64,000 nt of DNA from Patescibacteria group bacterium (GTDB taxonomy: Bacteria > Patescibacteriota > Patescibacteriia > Patescibacteriales > UBA12465). Of this stretch, positions 18,078-27,111 are shown piece by piece. Under the pieces are notes generated by a model. The model saw nothing but the letters and a program-made list of their open reading frames with translations, had not been told where the DNA came from and searched no databases. Position 1 is the first letter of the stretch, and every line of letters starts with the position of its first letter. Location of the stretch: the NCBI GenBank assembly GCA_041650775.1, contig JBAZKO010000002.1, positions 27,930 through 91,929 of the forward strand, read 5' to 3'. Made by a program: the position numbers and the translations under genes.

Positions 18078-21000
18078 TTACTTCCCGTAATCCATTCTTT
18101 TCTTCTTCTCTTTATAACCCGTTCCGGCCGGAATCAAACAACCGATAATAACATTCTCCTTCAGGCCTTCAAGATAATCGATCTTGCCGTTAACCGCGGC
18201 GTCAATCAGGACGCGGGAAGTTTCCTGAAAAGAAGCGGCCGACAAGAAACTGTCAGTCGTCAGGGACGCTTTCGTGATACCCAGTAATAATCTCTCCGCT
18301 TTCGCCCCTTTCTTCTGGCCCTTATTCGCCTGTTCCATCACCTCTTCTTCTACCGTTTCGCCCGGCAACAAATTAGTGTCGCCCGCTTCTTTAATCAAGT
18401 AGCGGGAGAACATTTGGCGCGCGATGATTTCCACATGCTTATCGTTCAAGGGCTGGCCCTGAGAACCATAAACGTATTGAATTTCCTTGATAATATATTT
18501 CTGGGTTTCCAGCCGGCCGTTCAATTTATATAATTCGCGCAGATCTAAACTGCCTTCGGTTAGTTGGGTTCCCCGGCTGATAGTTTCTCCATCTTTAACC
18601 ATTAACATCGTCCCTTTTAAGATAGGAAATTCCTTAACTTTTTCCACCTCTTTGGCGACGGAAATATATTTTTCCGTCACCGCGACGATACCGGCCTCTT
18701 TCGCCCGAACCACTTCGCCGCCAATCTTGAATAATTCAAAATTTTTCGCCGCTTTATCGCCGTCCTTGACCAAAACTTTTACTTCCAATTTCTTGGTGTC
18801 TTTGGAAGTTAGGCCGCCGGCTAATTTCAATTCGTTGATCTTTTCGGAGAAATAATATTTATCGTAATCTTTGCCCTGATAATAAATACTCAGAATCTTG
18901 GTTTGCGGATTATTAACGGAAATTTCTTTGCCGTCTTTATCTTTAATTATTTTCTGGGCGAAATCAATCTTCACTCGGCCGGCGACATCGGAAATCAGCG
19001 CTTTTTTCTTCGGACTGCGCGCTTCAAAAATTTCTTCGACGCGCGGCAAACCCTGGGTAATATCATCCTGGCCGGCGACGCCGCCCGTATGAAAAGTCCG
19101 CATCGTCAACTGCGTGCCCGGTTCGCCGATAGATTGCGCCGCGATAATACCGACAGTGGCGCCCATCTTCACCGGCTTATTATAAGCCAAATCCCAGCCA
19201 TAACATTTCGCGCAAATGCCTTTATGCATCCGACAGCTTAAAACCGAACGGACGCAAATATCGGCGATATCTTTGGTTTTCAATAATTTGATATTATCCT
19301 CGTCCAATAATTCTCCGGCCGGCAGGATCACTTTACCTTTTTTATCCAATAAATCCTTAGCCAGATAACGTCCGATAATCCGCTTGAAAAAGTCTTCGCC
19401 CGTCTTCTCGATTTCCGCCCGGTTCAAATCCATTCCGACTGTGTCGCCGCAATCGTCGTCGGAGATAATAATATCCTGAGAAACATCAACCAAACGACGA
19501 GTCAGATACCCCGCGTTAGCCGTTCTTAAAGCCGTATCGGACAAACCTTTGCGCACGCCGTGCGTGGAAATAAAATATTCCAAAACGCCGAAACCTTCTT
19601 TAAAGTTTCCCTTAACCGGCAATTCGATAATGGCGCCGGACGGCGAGGTCACTAAGCCTTTCATGCCCAAAATCTGTACCGGCTGAGCCCAGGAACCGCG
19701 CGCGCCGGAATCAATCATGGAATAAACCGGCAGAATATCCGTCAAACCCTTCTTACAGATATCGGCAATTTTATCTTTAGTATTCGTCCATTCTTCAATA
19801 ACTTTGGCATAGCGTTCACTTTCCGTCAGCAAGCCTTCTTCGTATTGTTCCTGGATGAGATCGACTTTCTTATTGGCTAATTCAATCAATTTATCCTTCT
19901 CCGGCAAAGTCGGCAAATCGCCAAAACCCCAGGAAAGTCCCGATTTGGTAATGAAAGCGAAACTGCGATTTTTCAGGCCGTCGATGAATTTGACAGTTTC
20001 TTCTTCGCCGTAAATCCTCAGACATTCCCGAATCAAATCTTTTAATTTGCCTTTTCCGACCACTTCATTAAGATAGCGTAATTTTTCCGGCAAAAGAGAA
20101 TTAAAAATCAGGCGGCCGACAGTTGTCTTAAGCATCGCACCGGCATATTTAACCCGGATCGCTTCATGCAAACCGATGCCTTTACTCTCATAAGCTAAAT
20201 AAGCCTCATCTTCATTATAAAAATAGTGCATTTCTTCGTCTTTCCTGTCGTTATAATCTTTTTCTACCAAAGTAATATAATAGGTACCCCAGACAATATC
20301 CTGCGCCGGAGCGACAATCGGATCGCCGGTCGCCGGTTTCAATAAATTATGAGTAGAAAGCATTAAAGTTTCCGCTTCGCGCCGCGCTTCTTTGGTCAGA
20401 GGAACATGAACGGCCATCTGATCGCCGTCAAAATCGGCGTTAAAGGCGGTACAAACGAGCGGATGAATCTGTAAAGCTTTACCCTCAATCAAAATCGGAC
20501 GAAAAGCCTGAATACCCAGACGGTGCAGGGTCGGAGCGCGATTCAATAAAACATAAGCACCATGGACAATTTCTTCTAAAATATCCCAGACTTCGTCGTG
20601 ACCCGCTTCAATATAACGTGAAGCGCTACGGACATTATGAACAATCTCCCTTTTAATTAACTGGGAAATAATGAAGGGTTTGAATAATTCCAGAGCCATG
20701 ATTTTTGGCAGACCGCATTGATCCAAATTTAATTTCGGATTGACGACAATCACGGAACGGCCGGAATAATCGACGCGTTTGCCCAATAAATTTTGGCGGA
20801 AGCGTCCTTGTTTACCCTTCAAAGTATCGGCTAAAGATTTCAACTGCCGTTTCTGCCCAGTCGAAGCGGTCACGGTTTTAGTATGCCGCGCGCTGTTGTC
20901 AATCAAAGCGTCCACCGCCTCCTGTAACATTCTTTTCTCGTTGCGGCAGATGACTTCCGGCGCGTTCAGATCAATCAACTGTTTCAAACGATTGTTGCGG

Positions 21001-22010
21001 TTGATGATGCGGCGATAAAGATCGTTCAGATCCGAAGCCGCGAACCGGCCGCCGTCGAGAGCGACCATCGGCCGCAAATCCGGAGGCACTACCGGCATTA
21101 CGGTCATAATCATCCATTCCGGCCGGATATTGTTGTTTCGGAAACTCTTTAATAATTTCAAACGCTTCACCAGCTTCTCTTTTTTAGAATCAACCGCGTC
21201 TTGTAGTTTCTCTTCCAGATTCTTGATGGTTTTTTCCAGATCGATTTTCGCCAAAAGTTTGCGAATCGCTTCCGCGCCGATAGAGGCTTCGAAAATATGT
21301 CCGAACTTCAAACTTAACTCTTGATATTGCTGTTCCGACAAGATTAAAAGCGGTTTCAATTCTTTTAACTCCTTCTGGACGACGGCGAAGTCTTCTTCCA
21401 GCCGCGCCAGTCTGACCGCTTTGGCTTTAAGCGCTTCTTTGACCGGCTTGCCATTTTCATCGGCCGAACCGGTTTCTTCTTTTATTTTCTTTATCTGGTT
21501 ATTATAATCATTATCGATATTCTTGATCTTGGATTTATACTCCGTCTTGATCGATTCAATAGTCACTGTCTTTAAATTTTCATCCACTTCGGTCACGATA
21601 AAACTGGCGTAATAAATAACTTTTTCCAGCGACTGGATGCCCAGATTCAAAAGCAAGCCGATTTTCGAAGACAAGCCACGCAAAAACCAAATATGAGAAA
21701 CCGGAACCTGTAAATTAATGTGCCCCAGACGCTCGCGGCGCACGACACTGCGCGTCACTTCCACGCCGCATTTATCGCAGATAATTCCTTTATAGCGAAT
21801 TTTCTTATATTTGCCGCAGGCACATTCCCAATCCTTGGTCGGACCGAAAATCTTTTCGCAAAATAAACCGTCCTTTTCCGGTTTCTGCGTCCGGTAATTG
21901 ATCGTTTCCGGTCGCGTTATTTCGCCGTGCGACCAATTCTGGATTTCTTCGGGGCTGGCTAGTTTGAGACGGATAGCCGCGAAATCGCTGGTTTTTATCG
22001 GATTTAACAT
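18078..22010 (-). CDS. rpoC: DNA-directed RNA polymerase subunit beta'
   Basis: 1310 aa. Contains the catalytic NADFDGDQM, the zinc-binding CACGKYKKIRYKGIICDKCGVEV, and trigger-loop and bridge-helix regions. Confidence 0.97.
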   Translation of the reverse strand: MLNPIKTSDFAAIRLKLASPEEIQNWSHGEITRPETINYRTQKPEKDGLFCEKIFGPTKDWECACGKYKKIRYKGIICDKCGVEVTRSVVRRERLGHINLQVPVSHIWFLRGLSSKIGLLLNLGIQSLEKVIYYASFIVTEVDENLKTVTIESIKTEYKSKIKNIDNDYNNQIKKIKEETGSADENGKPVKEALKAKAVRLARLEEDFAVVQKELKELKPLLILSEQQYQELSLKFGHIFEASIGAEAIRKLLAKIDLEKTIKNLEEKLQDAVDSKKEKLVKRLKLLKSFRNNNIRPEWMIMTVMPVVPPDLRPMVALDGGRFAASDLNDLYRRIINRNNRLKQLIDLNAPEVICRNEKRMLQEAVDALIDNSARHTKTVTASTGQKRQLKSLADTLKGKQGRFRQNLLGKRVDYSGRSVIVVNPKLNLDQCGLPKIMALELFKPFIISQLIKREIVHNVRSASRYIEAGHDEVWDILEEIVHGAYVLLNRAPTLHRLGIQAFRPILIEGKALQIHPLVCTAFNADFDGDQMAVHVPLTKEARREAETLMLSTHNLLKPATGDPIVAPAQDIVWGTYYITLVEKDYNDRKDEEMHYFYNEDEAYLAYESKGIGLHEAIRVKYAGAMLKTTVGRLIFNSLLPEKLRYLNEVVGKGKLKDLIRECLRIYGEEETVKFIDGLKNRSFAFITKSGLSWGFGDLPTLPEKDKLIELANKKVDLIQEQYEEGLLTESERYAKVIEEWTNTKDKIADICKKGLTDILPVYSMIDSGARGSWAQPVQILGMKGLVTSPSGAIIELPVKGNFKEGFGVLEYFISTHGVRKGLSDTALRTANAGYLTRRLVDVSQDIIISDDDCGDTVGMDLNRAEIEKTGEDFFKRIIGRYLAKDLLDKKGKVILPAGELLDEDNIKLLKTKDIADICVRSVLSCRMHKGICAKCYGWDLAYNKPVKMGATVGIIAAQSIGEPGTQLTMRTFHTGGVAGQDDITQGLPRVEEIFEARSPKKKALISDVAGRVKIDFAQKIIKDKDGKEISVNNPQTKILSIYYQGKDYDKYYFSEKINELKLAGGLTSKDTKKLEVKVLVKDGDKAAKNFELFKIGGEVVRAKEAGIVAVTEKYISVAKEVEKVKEFPILKGTMLMVKDGETISRGTQLTEGSLDLRELYKLNGRLETQKYIIKEIQYVYGSQGQPLNDKHVEIIARQMFSRYLIKEAGDTNLLPGETVEEEVMEQANKGQKKGAKAERLLLGITKASLTTDSFLSAASFQETSRVLIDAAVNGKIDYLEGLKENVIIGCLIPAGTGYKEKKKRMDYGK

Positions 22011-22047
22011 ATGTTAAAAGTTAAAAAGTTATAAAGTTTTGAAATTA

Positions 22048-25000
22048 TTATTCTTCGTTCTTATCGCCTTCTTTTAAATCAACGATTATTTCCGGTTTAT
22101 CATAAATTAATTTATCGTCCTTCTGGATTTCTTCGTCGATTTCCGTTACCACTTCCGAGGCCGGCTGATTACCCGAACCGCCTAATAATTCCACGTTCAG
22201 ACCCAAACCTTTTAATTCCCGGATCAAAACATTGAATGATTCCGGAACGTTTAATTTTTCAATCTCTTCGCCTTTAATTATAGACTCATAAGCCTTACTG
22301 CGTCCGGGCACATCATCCGATTTGATGGTCAGCATTTCCTGCAGGGTATGTGCCGCGCCGTAACCTTCCAGCGCCCAGACTTCCATTTCACCGAATCTCT
22401 GGCCGCCGAACTGCGCTTTGCCGCCTAAAGGCTGTTGCGTAATTAAAGAATAAGGGCCGATTGACCGCTGGTGAATCTTATCTTCCACCATGTGGTTCAA
22501 TTTCAAAATATATTTATAACCGACGGTAATTTTATGATCATAAGCGTCGCCGGTTTTTCCGTCGTATAAAAACACTTTACCGTCTTCTGGCAGGCCGGCG
22601 CTCCGTAATTCAGATTTGATCTGTTCTTCGGTAATACCATTTAGAGCCGGCGTGACCACCCGATAACCTAGTTTTTGAGCGGCAAAGCCCAAGTGAGTTT
22701 CCAGCAACTGGCCGAGGTTCATACGGGAGATGATGCCCAGAGGGGACAAGATAACATCAATAGGCGTACCGTCATTCATAAAGGGCATATCCTCGATCGG
22801 CACCACGCGGGAAATAACCCCTTTATTTCCGTGACGGCCGGACATCTTATCACCAACTTGAATTTTTCGGAGATTGGCGACCGCGACCTGGATGGATTGC
22901 AAAACACCGGCCGATAATTTATCGCCTTCTTCGCGGGAAAATATTTTAATGTCCACGACTTTACCGTGTTCACCATGTTCCAAATATAAGGAAGAGTCCC
23001 GGACGTCTTTGGCTTTTTCTCCGAAAATCGCGCGCAATAATTTCTCTTCCGCCGATAAGGTAGTTTCTCCTTTCGGCGTAATCTTGCCGACCAGAATATC
23101 GCCGGAAGACACTTCGGCGCCGATGCGAATAATTCCTTCTTCATCCAAATTCTTTAATTTCTCTTCGCTGATATTGGGAATGTCATTAGTAATTACTTCC
23201 GGACCGAGCTTCGTGTCGCGGACATCAATCGTATAATTTTCAATATGGATGGAGGAATAAATATCTTCCTTGACCAGGCGTTCGGAAATAATCACGGCGT
23301 CTTCGTAATTGAAACCTTCCCAGGTCATAAAAGCCACCAGGACATTACGGCCTAAAGATAATTCGCCGTTATCGATCGCCGGACCGTCCGACAGGATATC
23401 GCCTTTCTTTACCTTCTGGCCGACTTCCACCACCGGGTGCTGGTTGATACAGGTGGAAGAGTTGGAGCGTAAAAATTTATTTAAATGATAAGTGGTGATT
23501 TTTCCTTTTTTATCCGTCAATTCGATCGTCGCCGCTTCCGCTTTGGTAATGACGCCGTCATCGCCGGCAATTGCGACATGGCCGCTATCGCGGGCGGCGC
23601 GGGCTTCCACGCCGGTGCCGACTATGGGCGCTTCGCTCTTAATCAGAGGCACGGCTTGCCGTTGCATATTCGTGCCCATTAATGATCTCTGGCCGTCGTT
23701 ATGTTCCATGAAAGGAATTAAAGAAGTCGCAATGGAAATAATCTGATTGGCGGCTAAACCGACGAAATCGATCTTATCGACTTCGGACATGCCCGGTTGG
23801 CCGTTCTTTCTGACTTCGAACCGGTTAACTATAAAATAACCGTCTTTATCCATGGGAATAGTGGCGTCGGCGGTAATATATTTTTCTTCTTCAAAGGCGT
23901 CGAGATAAACCACTTCAGAGGTTACATGGCTGCCCTTTTTATCATGAATCACTTTGCGATAAGGAGTTTCTAAAAATCCGTAACTATTCAGCCGGGCGTA
24001 GCTCGCCAGGTGACCGACTAAACCAATATTCGGACCTTCGGGGGTCGCGATTGGGCAGATACGACCGTAGTGCGTCGTGTGCACATCACGGACATCGAAA
24101 CCGGCGCGTTCGCGCGTCAAACCGCCCGGACCCATGGCCGACAAACGGCGTTTATGTTCCAATTCCGCGAGCGGATTGGTTTGGTCCATAAACTGAGACA
24201 ACTGGGAAGACATGAAAAACTCCCGGACTACGCCGATAACCGGCCGGGCGTTGACTAATTTATTGGGAGTCAGAGAGGTAATCTCCGAAGTGGACATCCG
24301 ATCTTTTATGATGCGTTCCATGCGCGCCAAGCCGACGCGGAAACGATTTTGGATTAAACCGCCGATCGCCCGAATACGGCGATTACCCAAATGGTCGATA
24401 TCGTCTTCCGGTTCTTTGGTAATATTCAAACGGATAACTTCTTTTATGATCAAAACCAAATCTTCCTTGCGCAGAATTCTGTTTTCTTTCTTATTGGCCG
24501 CCAAATCCAAACTAAAACGCCGATTTAGTTTATAACGTCCGACCCGGCCGAAATCATAGCGATCAAAACGAAAAAACATGGAATGAACCAACTGCCGAGC
24601 GTTTTCTACCGAGGCTAAATCACCCGGCCGAATTCGGCGGTAAACTTCCTGCAAACCGTCGGCTTCGTTCTTAGCGGTGTCTTTCTCAATCGTCGCCTCA
24701 ATATAAGACTTCTCGTCTTTATTCTTGACCAGATCGACGCTCGCGAATAATTTTAAAATTTCGGCATCACTTTCATAACCGAAAGCGCGCAAGAGCGAAG
24801 TAATAGCCACCTTGCGTTTGCGATCAATACGCACCCAGATAACTTTGTTGGAGTCGGTCTCAATTTCTAACCAGGCGCCGCGATTAGGAATAATTTTCGC
24901 GCCATAGCATTTTTTGCCTTTGACGAATTCGGCGGTAAACATAACGCCGGCGCTTCGGATTAATTGGGAAACCACGACTCTTTCAATGCCATTAATGATA

Positions 25001-25347
25001 AATGTTCCCTTGTCGGTCATCAACGGAAAATCACCGAGAAAAACTTCCTGGTTCAAGGAGCGGCCACTTTTTTTATTGATCAGCCGCGTCTTAACGCGCA
25101 AAGGCGCTTCGTAAGTGATATTTTTTTCGCGGCTTTCCACTTCGGAAAATTTCGGTTCATCCAAATAATAATCTTCGAAATATAATTCCAGATCGCGGCC
25201 GATAAAATCACCGACCGGATTAATTTCGTCAAAAAGCTCGGCTAAGCCTTCTTTAAGAAACCAATTATAAGAGTCTTTCTGAATTTCAATCAAATCCGGC
25301 ATCGGTATTACTTCGGTAATCTCTGAAAATGATTTTCGTTTAGACAT
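22048..25347 (-). CDS. rpoB: DNA-directed RNA polymerase subunit beta
   Basis: 1099 aa. Conserved blocks are SQLSQFMDQTNPL, GTNMQRQAVP, NLGQLLETHLG and GGQRFGEMEVWALE. It lies 37 nt upstream of rpoC. Confidence 0.97.
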   Translation of the reverse strand: MSKRKSFSEITEVIPMPDLIEIQKDSYNWFLKEGLAELFDEINPVGDFIGRDLELYFEDYYLDEPKFSEVESREKNITYEAPLRVKTRLINKKSGRSLNQEVFLGDFPLMTDKGTFIINGIERVVVSQLIRSAGVMFTAEFVKGKKCYGAKIIPNRGAWLEIETDSNKVIWVRIDRKRKVAITSLLRAFGYESDAEILKLFASVDLVKNKDEKSYIEATIEKDTAKNEADGLQEVYRRIRPGDLASVENARQLVHSMFFRFDRYDFGRVGRYKLNRRFSLDLAANKKENRILRKEDLVLIIKEVIRLNITKEPEDDIDHLGNRRIRAIGGLIQNRFRVGLARMERIIKDRMSTSEITSLTPNKLVNARPVIGVVREFFMSSQLSQFMDQTNPLAELEHKRRLSAMGPGGLTRERAGFDVRDVHTTHYGRICPIATPEGPNIGLVGHLASYARLNSYGFLETPYRKVIHDKKGSHVTSEVVYLDAFEEEKYITADATIPMDKDGYFIVNRFEVRKNGQPGMSEVDKIDFVGLAANQIISIATSLIPFMEHNDGQRSLMGTNMQRQAVPLIKSEAPIVGTGVEARAARDSGHVAIAGDDGVITKAEAATIELTDKKGKITTYHLNKFLRSNSSTCINQHPVVEVGQKVKKGDILSDGPAIDNGELSLGRNVLVAFMTWEGFNYEDAVIISERLVKEDIYSSIHIENYTIDVRDTKLGPEVITNDIPNISEEKLKNLDEEGIIRIGAEVSSGDILVGKITPKGETTLSAEEKLLRAIFGEKAKDVRDSSLYLEHGEHGKVVDIKIFSREEGDKLSAGVLQSIQVAVANLRKIQVGDKMSGRHGNKGVISRVVPIEDMPFMNDGTPIDVILSPLGIISRMNLGQLLETHLGFAAQKLGYRVVTPALNGITEEQIKSELRSAGLPEDGKVFLYDGKTGDAYDHKITVGYKYILKLNHMVEDKIHQRSIGPYSLITQQPLGGKAQFGGQRFGEMEVWALEGYGAAHTLQEMLTIKSDDVPGRSKAYESIIKGEEIEKLNVPESFNVLIRELKGLGLNVELLGGSGNQPASEVVTEIDEEIQKDDKLIYDKPEIIVDLKEGDKNEE

Positions 25348-25420
25348 AAGGCGGCAAGTTAAAAATTATAAAGATGAAAATTATTATAAAAACTGCGGCA
25401 AGAGCAAACGAAACAATGTT

Positions 25421-25460
25421 CAAGACAAAACAAGGCTTAACAGGACAAAACAAGGCTTAA
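25421..25460. repeat. 20-bp tandem direct repeat x2 in the rpoB upstream region
   Basis: caagacaaaacaaggcttaa (25421-25440) is followed immediately by caggacaaaacaaggcttaa (25441-25460), 19 of 20 identical. The repeat lies 74-113 nt upstream of the rpoB ATG. Confidence 0.9.
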
Positions 25461-25611
25461 ATTAAAATCAGAACATCAAATATAACTGATTTTAACAAAA
25501 AAATCCCAATCCCAATTGGTTTGAGTTTCAGTTTATTTAATTAATTCTTTTTTTGATAAATCACTTTTTTAGATAAAAAAGTGTTAAGATATGCTTATAA
25601 TATTATATTTA

Positions 25612-27045
25612 TTATTTTTTGTCAATACACATTTTATCCACAATAGCCTCCTTCACCACTTCTCTCTCGTCCCAGGGCAACTTTCGTCCTTTTTCCAAAC
25701 AAATGGATTGCTCCGCTCCCTTCCCGGTAAAAAGCACCAAATCGCCCTCTTCGGCTAACATTAAAGCTTTTTTAATTGCCTCGCGCCGGTCTAGAATCTT
25801 AAATAAATTCTTATTTAATTGCGCCCCGAACATTTCTGCCCCGGCGGACACCTGGTTGATAATCGCCGCTGGATCCTCGTCATAAGGATCTTCGTTTGTG
25901 ATTATGATAAAATCAGCCTGTTCCGCCGCCAGTTTTCCTAAAAGCGGCCGGCGTGCCTTATCCCGTCCGCCGCCGGCGGAACCGAGGAGATGGATTATCT
26001 TATTATAAGGAAACAACTTAACCGTCGAATATAATTTTTCCAAAGCTCTGGGTTCGAAAGAATAATCGATGATAACCGTAAAATTCTGGCCGCAATCTAT
26101 TAATTCCATCTTCCCGGTCAGGTTATTGATTTCTTCCAAACCGGATTTTATTCTAACAACCGGTAAGTTCTGATTAAAACCAACCGCATAAGCGGCCAAA
26201 GCGTTTTGAGAATTAAAGCTACCCAGTAATTTCAAATGGATCTTTTCGCCGTCAGCCAAAAAAGTCGTTCCGGCCGTATCGGCTTCAATCATCGTTCCCT
26301 TAACCACGGTAAAATCTTTAACCGGATATTCGCTGTTTAATTTTTTAAGAAAAAAATCGTTAGTCGCCGCCGGATTAAACGAATAAACTATTTTCGCTTC
26401 GCTCCAAAAATTTCCAAAATATTCGGCATTATCGTCGTCGCCGTTGATAACCAGCGTTTTCAGCACGCGCTGTAAATCCAATTTTTTTAATTGGCTTCGC
26501 GGCTCGATAACCTGGCGCGCTTCATTTATATATTTAACCCGCCCTCTTTTCAAATGAGCGAAGAGCTTTCCTTTGGTTTCCCGATATTTAGCGAAACTAC
26601 CGTGCGCTTCAATGTGCTCCGGATAAAGACCGGTAAAAACGAGGGTGTCGTAATTGATGAAACGATGGCGGAATTGTTTAATCCCTTCGGAACTGGTTTC
26701 AATAACGGCGTAACAACAACGGTTCTTAACCATCTGGCGCAGGAAACGCTGAATGAAAAACCGGCCGGGCATGGTCATTTTCTTATCATTCAGACATTCT
26801 CCGGCGCCGCCATTAAAAACGGCCGTGGAAGTGAATCCTGTTTTATAGCCGGCGGCTTCAAGAGTTTTTGCTATCAAATAGACCGTCGAGGTCTTGCCAG
26901 CAGTACCCGTAACGCCGATGACTATTAATTTTCGACTCGGAAAACGATACCACAAAGCCGCCAAACCACTAAAAACAAAATGGTATAAAGGGCTTAAAAA
27001 TTTAAAAATTTTACGAGGAATTAATTTTTTGATAATTTCCAACAT
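25612..27045 (-). CDS. murE: Mur ligase family protein (UDP-N-acetylmuramoyl-tripeptide synthetase, MurE-like)
   Basis: 477 aa. P-loop VIGVTGTAGKTST, Mur ligase middle-domain blocks (TSSEGI..FRHRF, YPEHIEAHGS) and a C-terminal domain (LLGSAGGGRDK..RP). Amino-acid specificity cannot be read from the sequence. Confidence 0.75.
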   Translation of the reverse strand: MLEIIKKLIPRKIFKFLSPLYHFVFSGLAALWYRFPSRKLIVIGVTGTAGKTSTVYLIAKTLEAAGYKTGFTSTAVFNGGAGECLNDKKMTMPGRFFIQRFLRQMVKNRCCYAVIETSSEGIKQFRHRFINYDTLVFTGLYPEHIEAHGSFAKYRETKGKLFAHLKRGRVKYINEARQVIEPRSQLKKLDLQRVLKTLVINGDDDNAEYFGNFWSEAKIVYSFNPAATNDFFLKKLNSEYPVKDFTVVKGTMIEADTAGTTFLADGEKIHLKLLGSFNSQNALAAYAVGFNQNLPVVRIKSGLEEINNLTGKMELIDCGQNFTVIIDYSFEPRALEKLYSTVKLFPYNKIIHLLGSAGGGRDKARRPLLGKLAAEQADFIIITNEDPYDEDPAAIINQVSAGAEMFGAQLNKNLFKILDRREAIKKALMLAEEGDLVLFTGKGAEQSICLEKGRKLPWDEREVVKEAIVDKMCIDKK

Positions 27046-27068
27046 AATAATGATTATAGCAAGAATTT

Positions 27069-27101
27069 AAAAAAGGCGCATCTTCAAAATCGCGCCTTTT
27101 T
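27069..27101 (-). terminator. rho-independent terminator after ftsK (palindromic, could act in both directions)
   Basis: aaaaaaggcgc (27069-27079) pairs with gcgccttttt (27092-27101) around a 12-nt loop. It lies 11 nt downstream of the ftsK stop. Confidence 0.7.
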
Positions 27102-27111
27102 ATTCCCAATA

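Noticed and set aside
22011-22047. Periodic AACTTTT-like low-complexity sequence in the rpoB-rpoC spacer.
   Set aside because: It is short and AT-only, with no stem-loop or conserved motif that I can recognise. It is probably just an unstructured, SD-less coupling spacer.
18487-25185. Many 60-125-aa ORFs antisense to, or out of frame within, rpoC and rpoB (for example 18487..18855, 18903..19241, 22776..23144, 22874..23236, 24212..24535).
   Set aside because: They lie entirely inside two very confidently identified, highly conserved genes. They have low-complexity or Arg/Ser/Pro-rich translations typical of shadow ORFs. The same reasoning applies to the antisense ORFs inside recJ, murJ, acetyl-CoA synthetase, ftsK, glgA, the kinases and polA.
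25421-25460. Whether the 20-bp tandem repeat could be a degenerate CRISPR array or a mobile-element end.
   Set aside because: There are only two directly abutting units with no spacer. No cas genes, no inverted terminal repeats and no transposase or integrase appear anywhere in the window. I kept it as a possible regulatory repeat instead.
25562-25583. 9-bp A/U-only hairpin (cactttttt-agat-aaaaaagtg) just after the MurE-like stop, considered as a terminator. Also the nearby GGGATTGGGATTTTTTT motif (minus strand, 25498-25514).
   Set aside because: The stem is almost entirely A-U and is not followed by a U-tract on the transcribed strand. The second motif has a U-tract but no convincing stem. 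The evidence is too weak to call.
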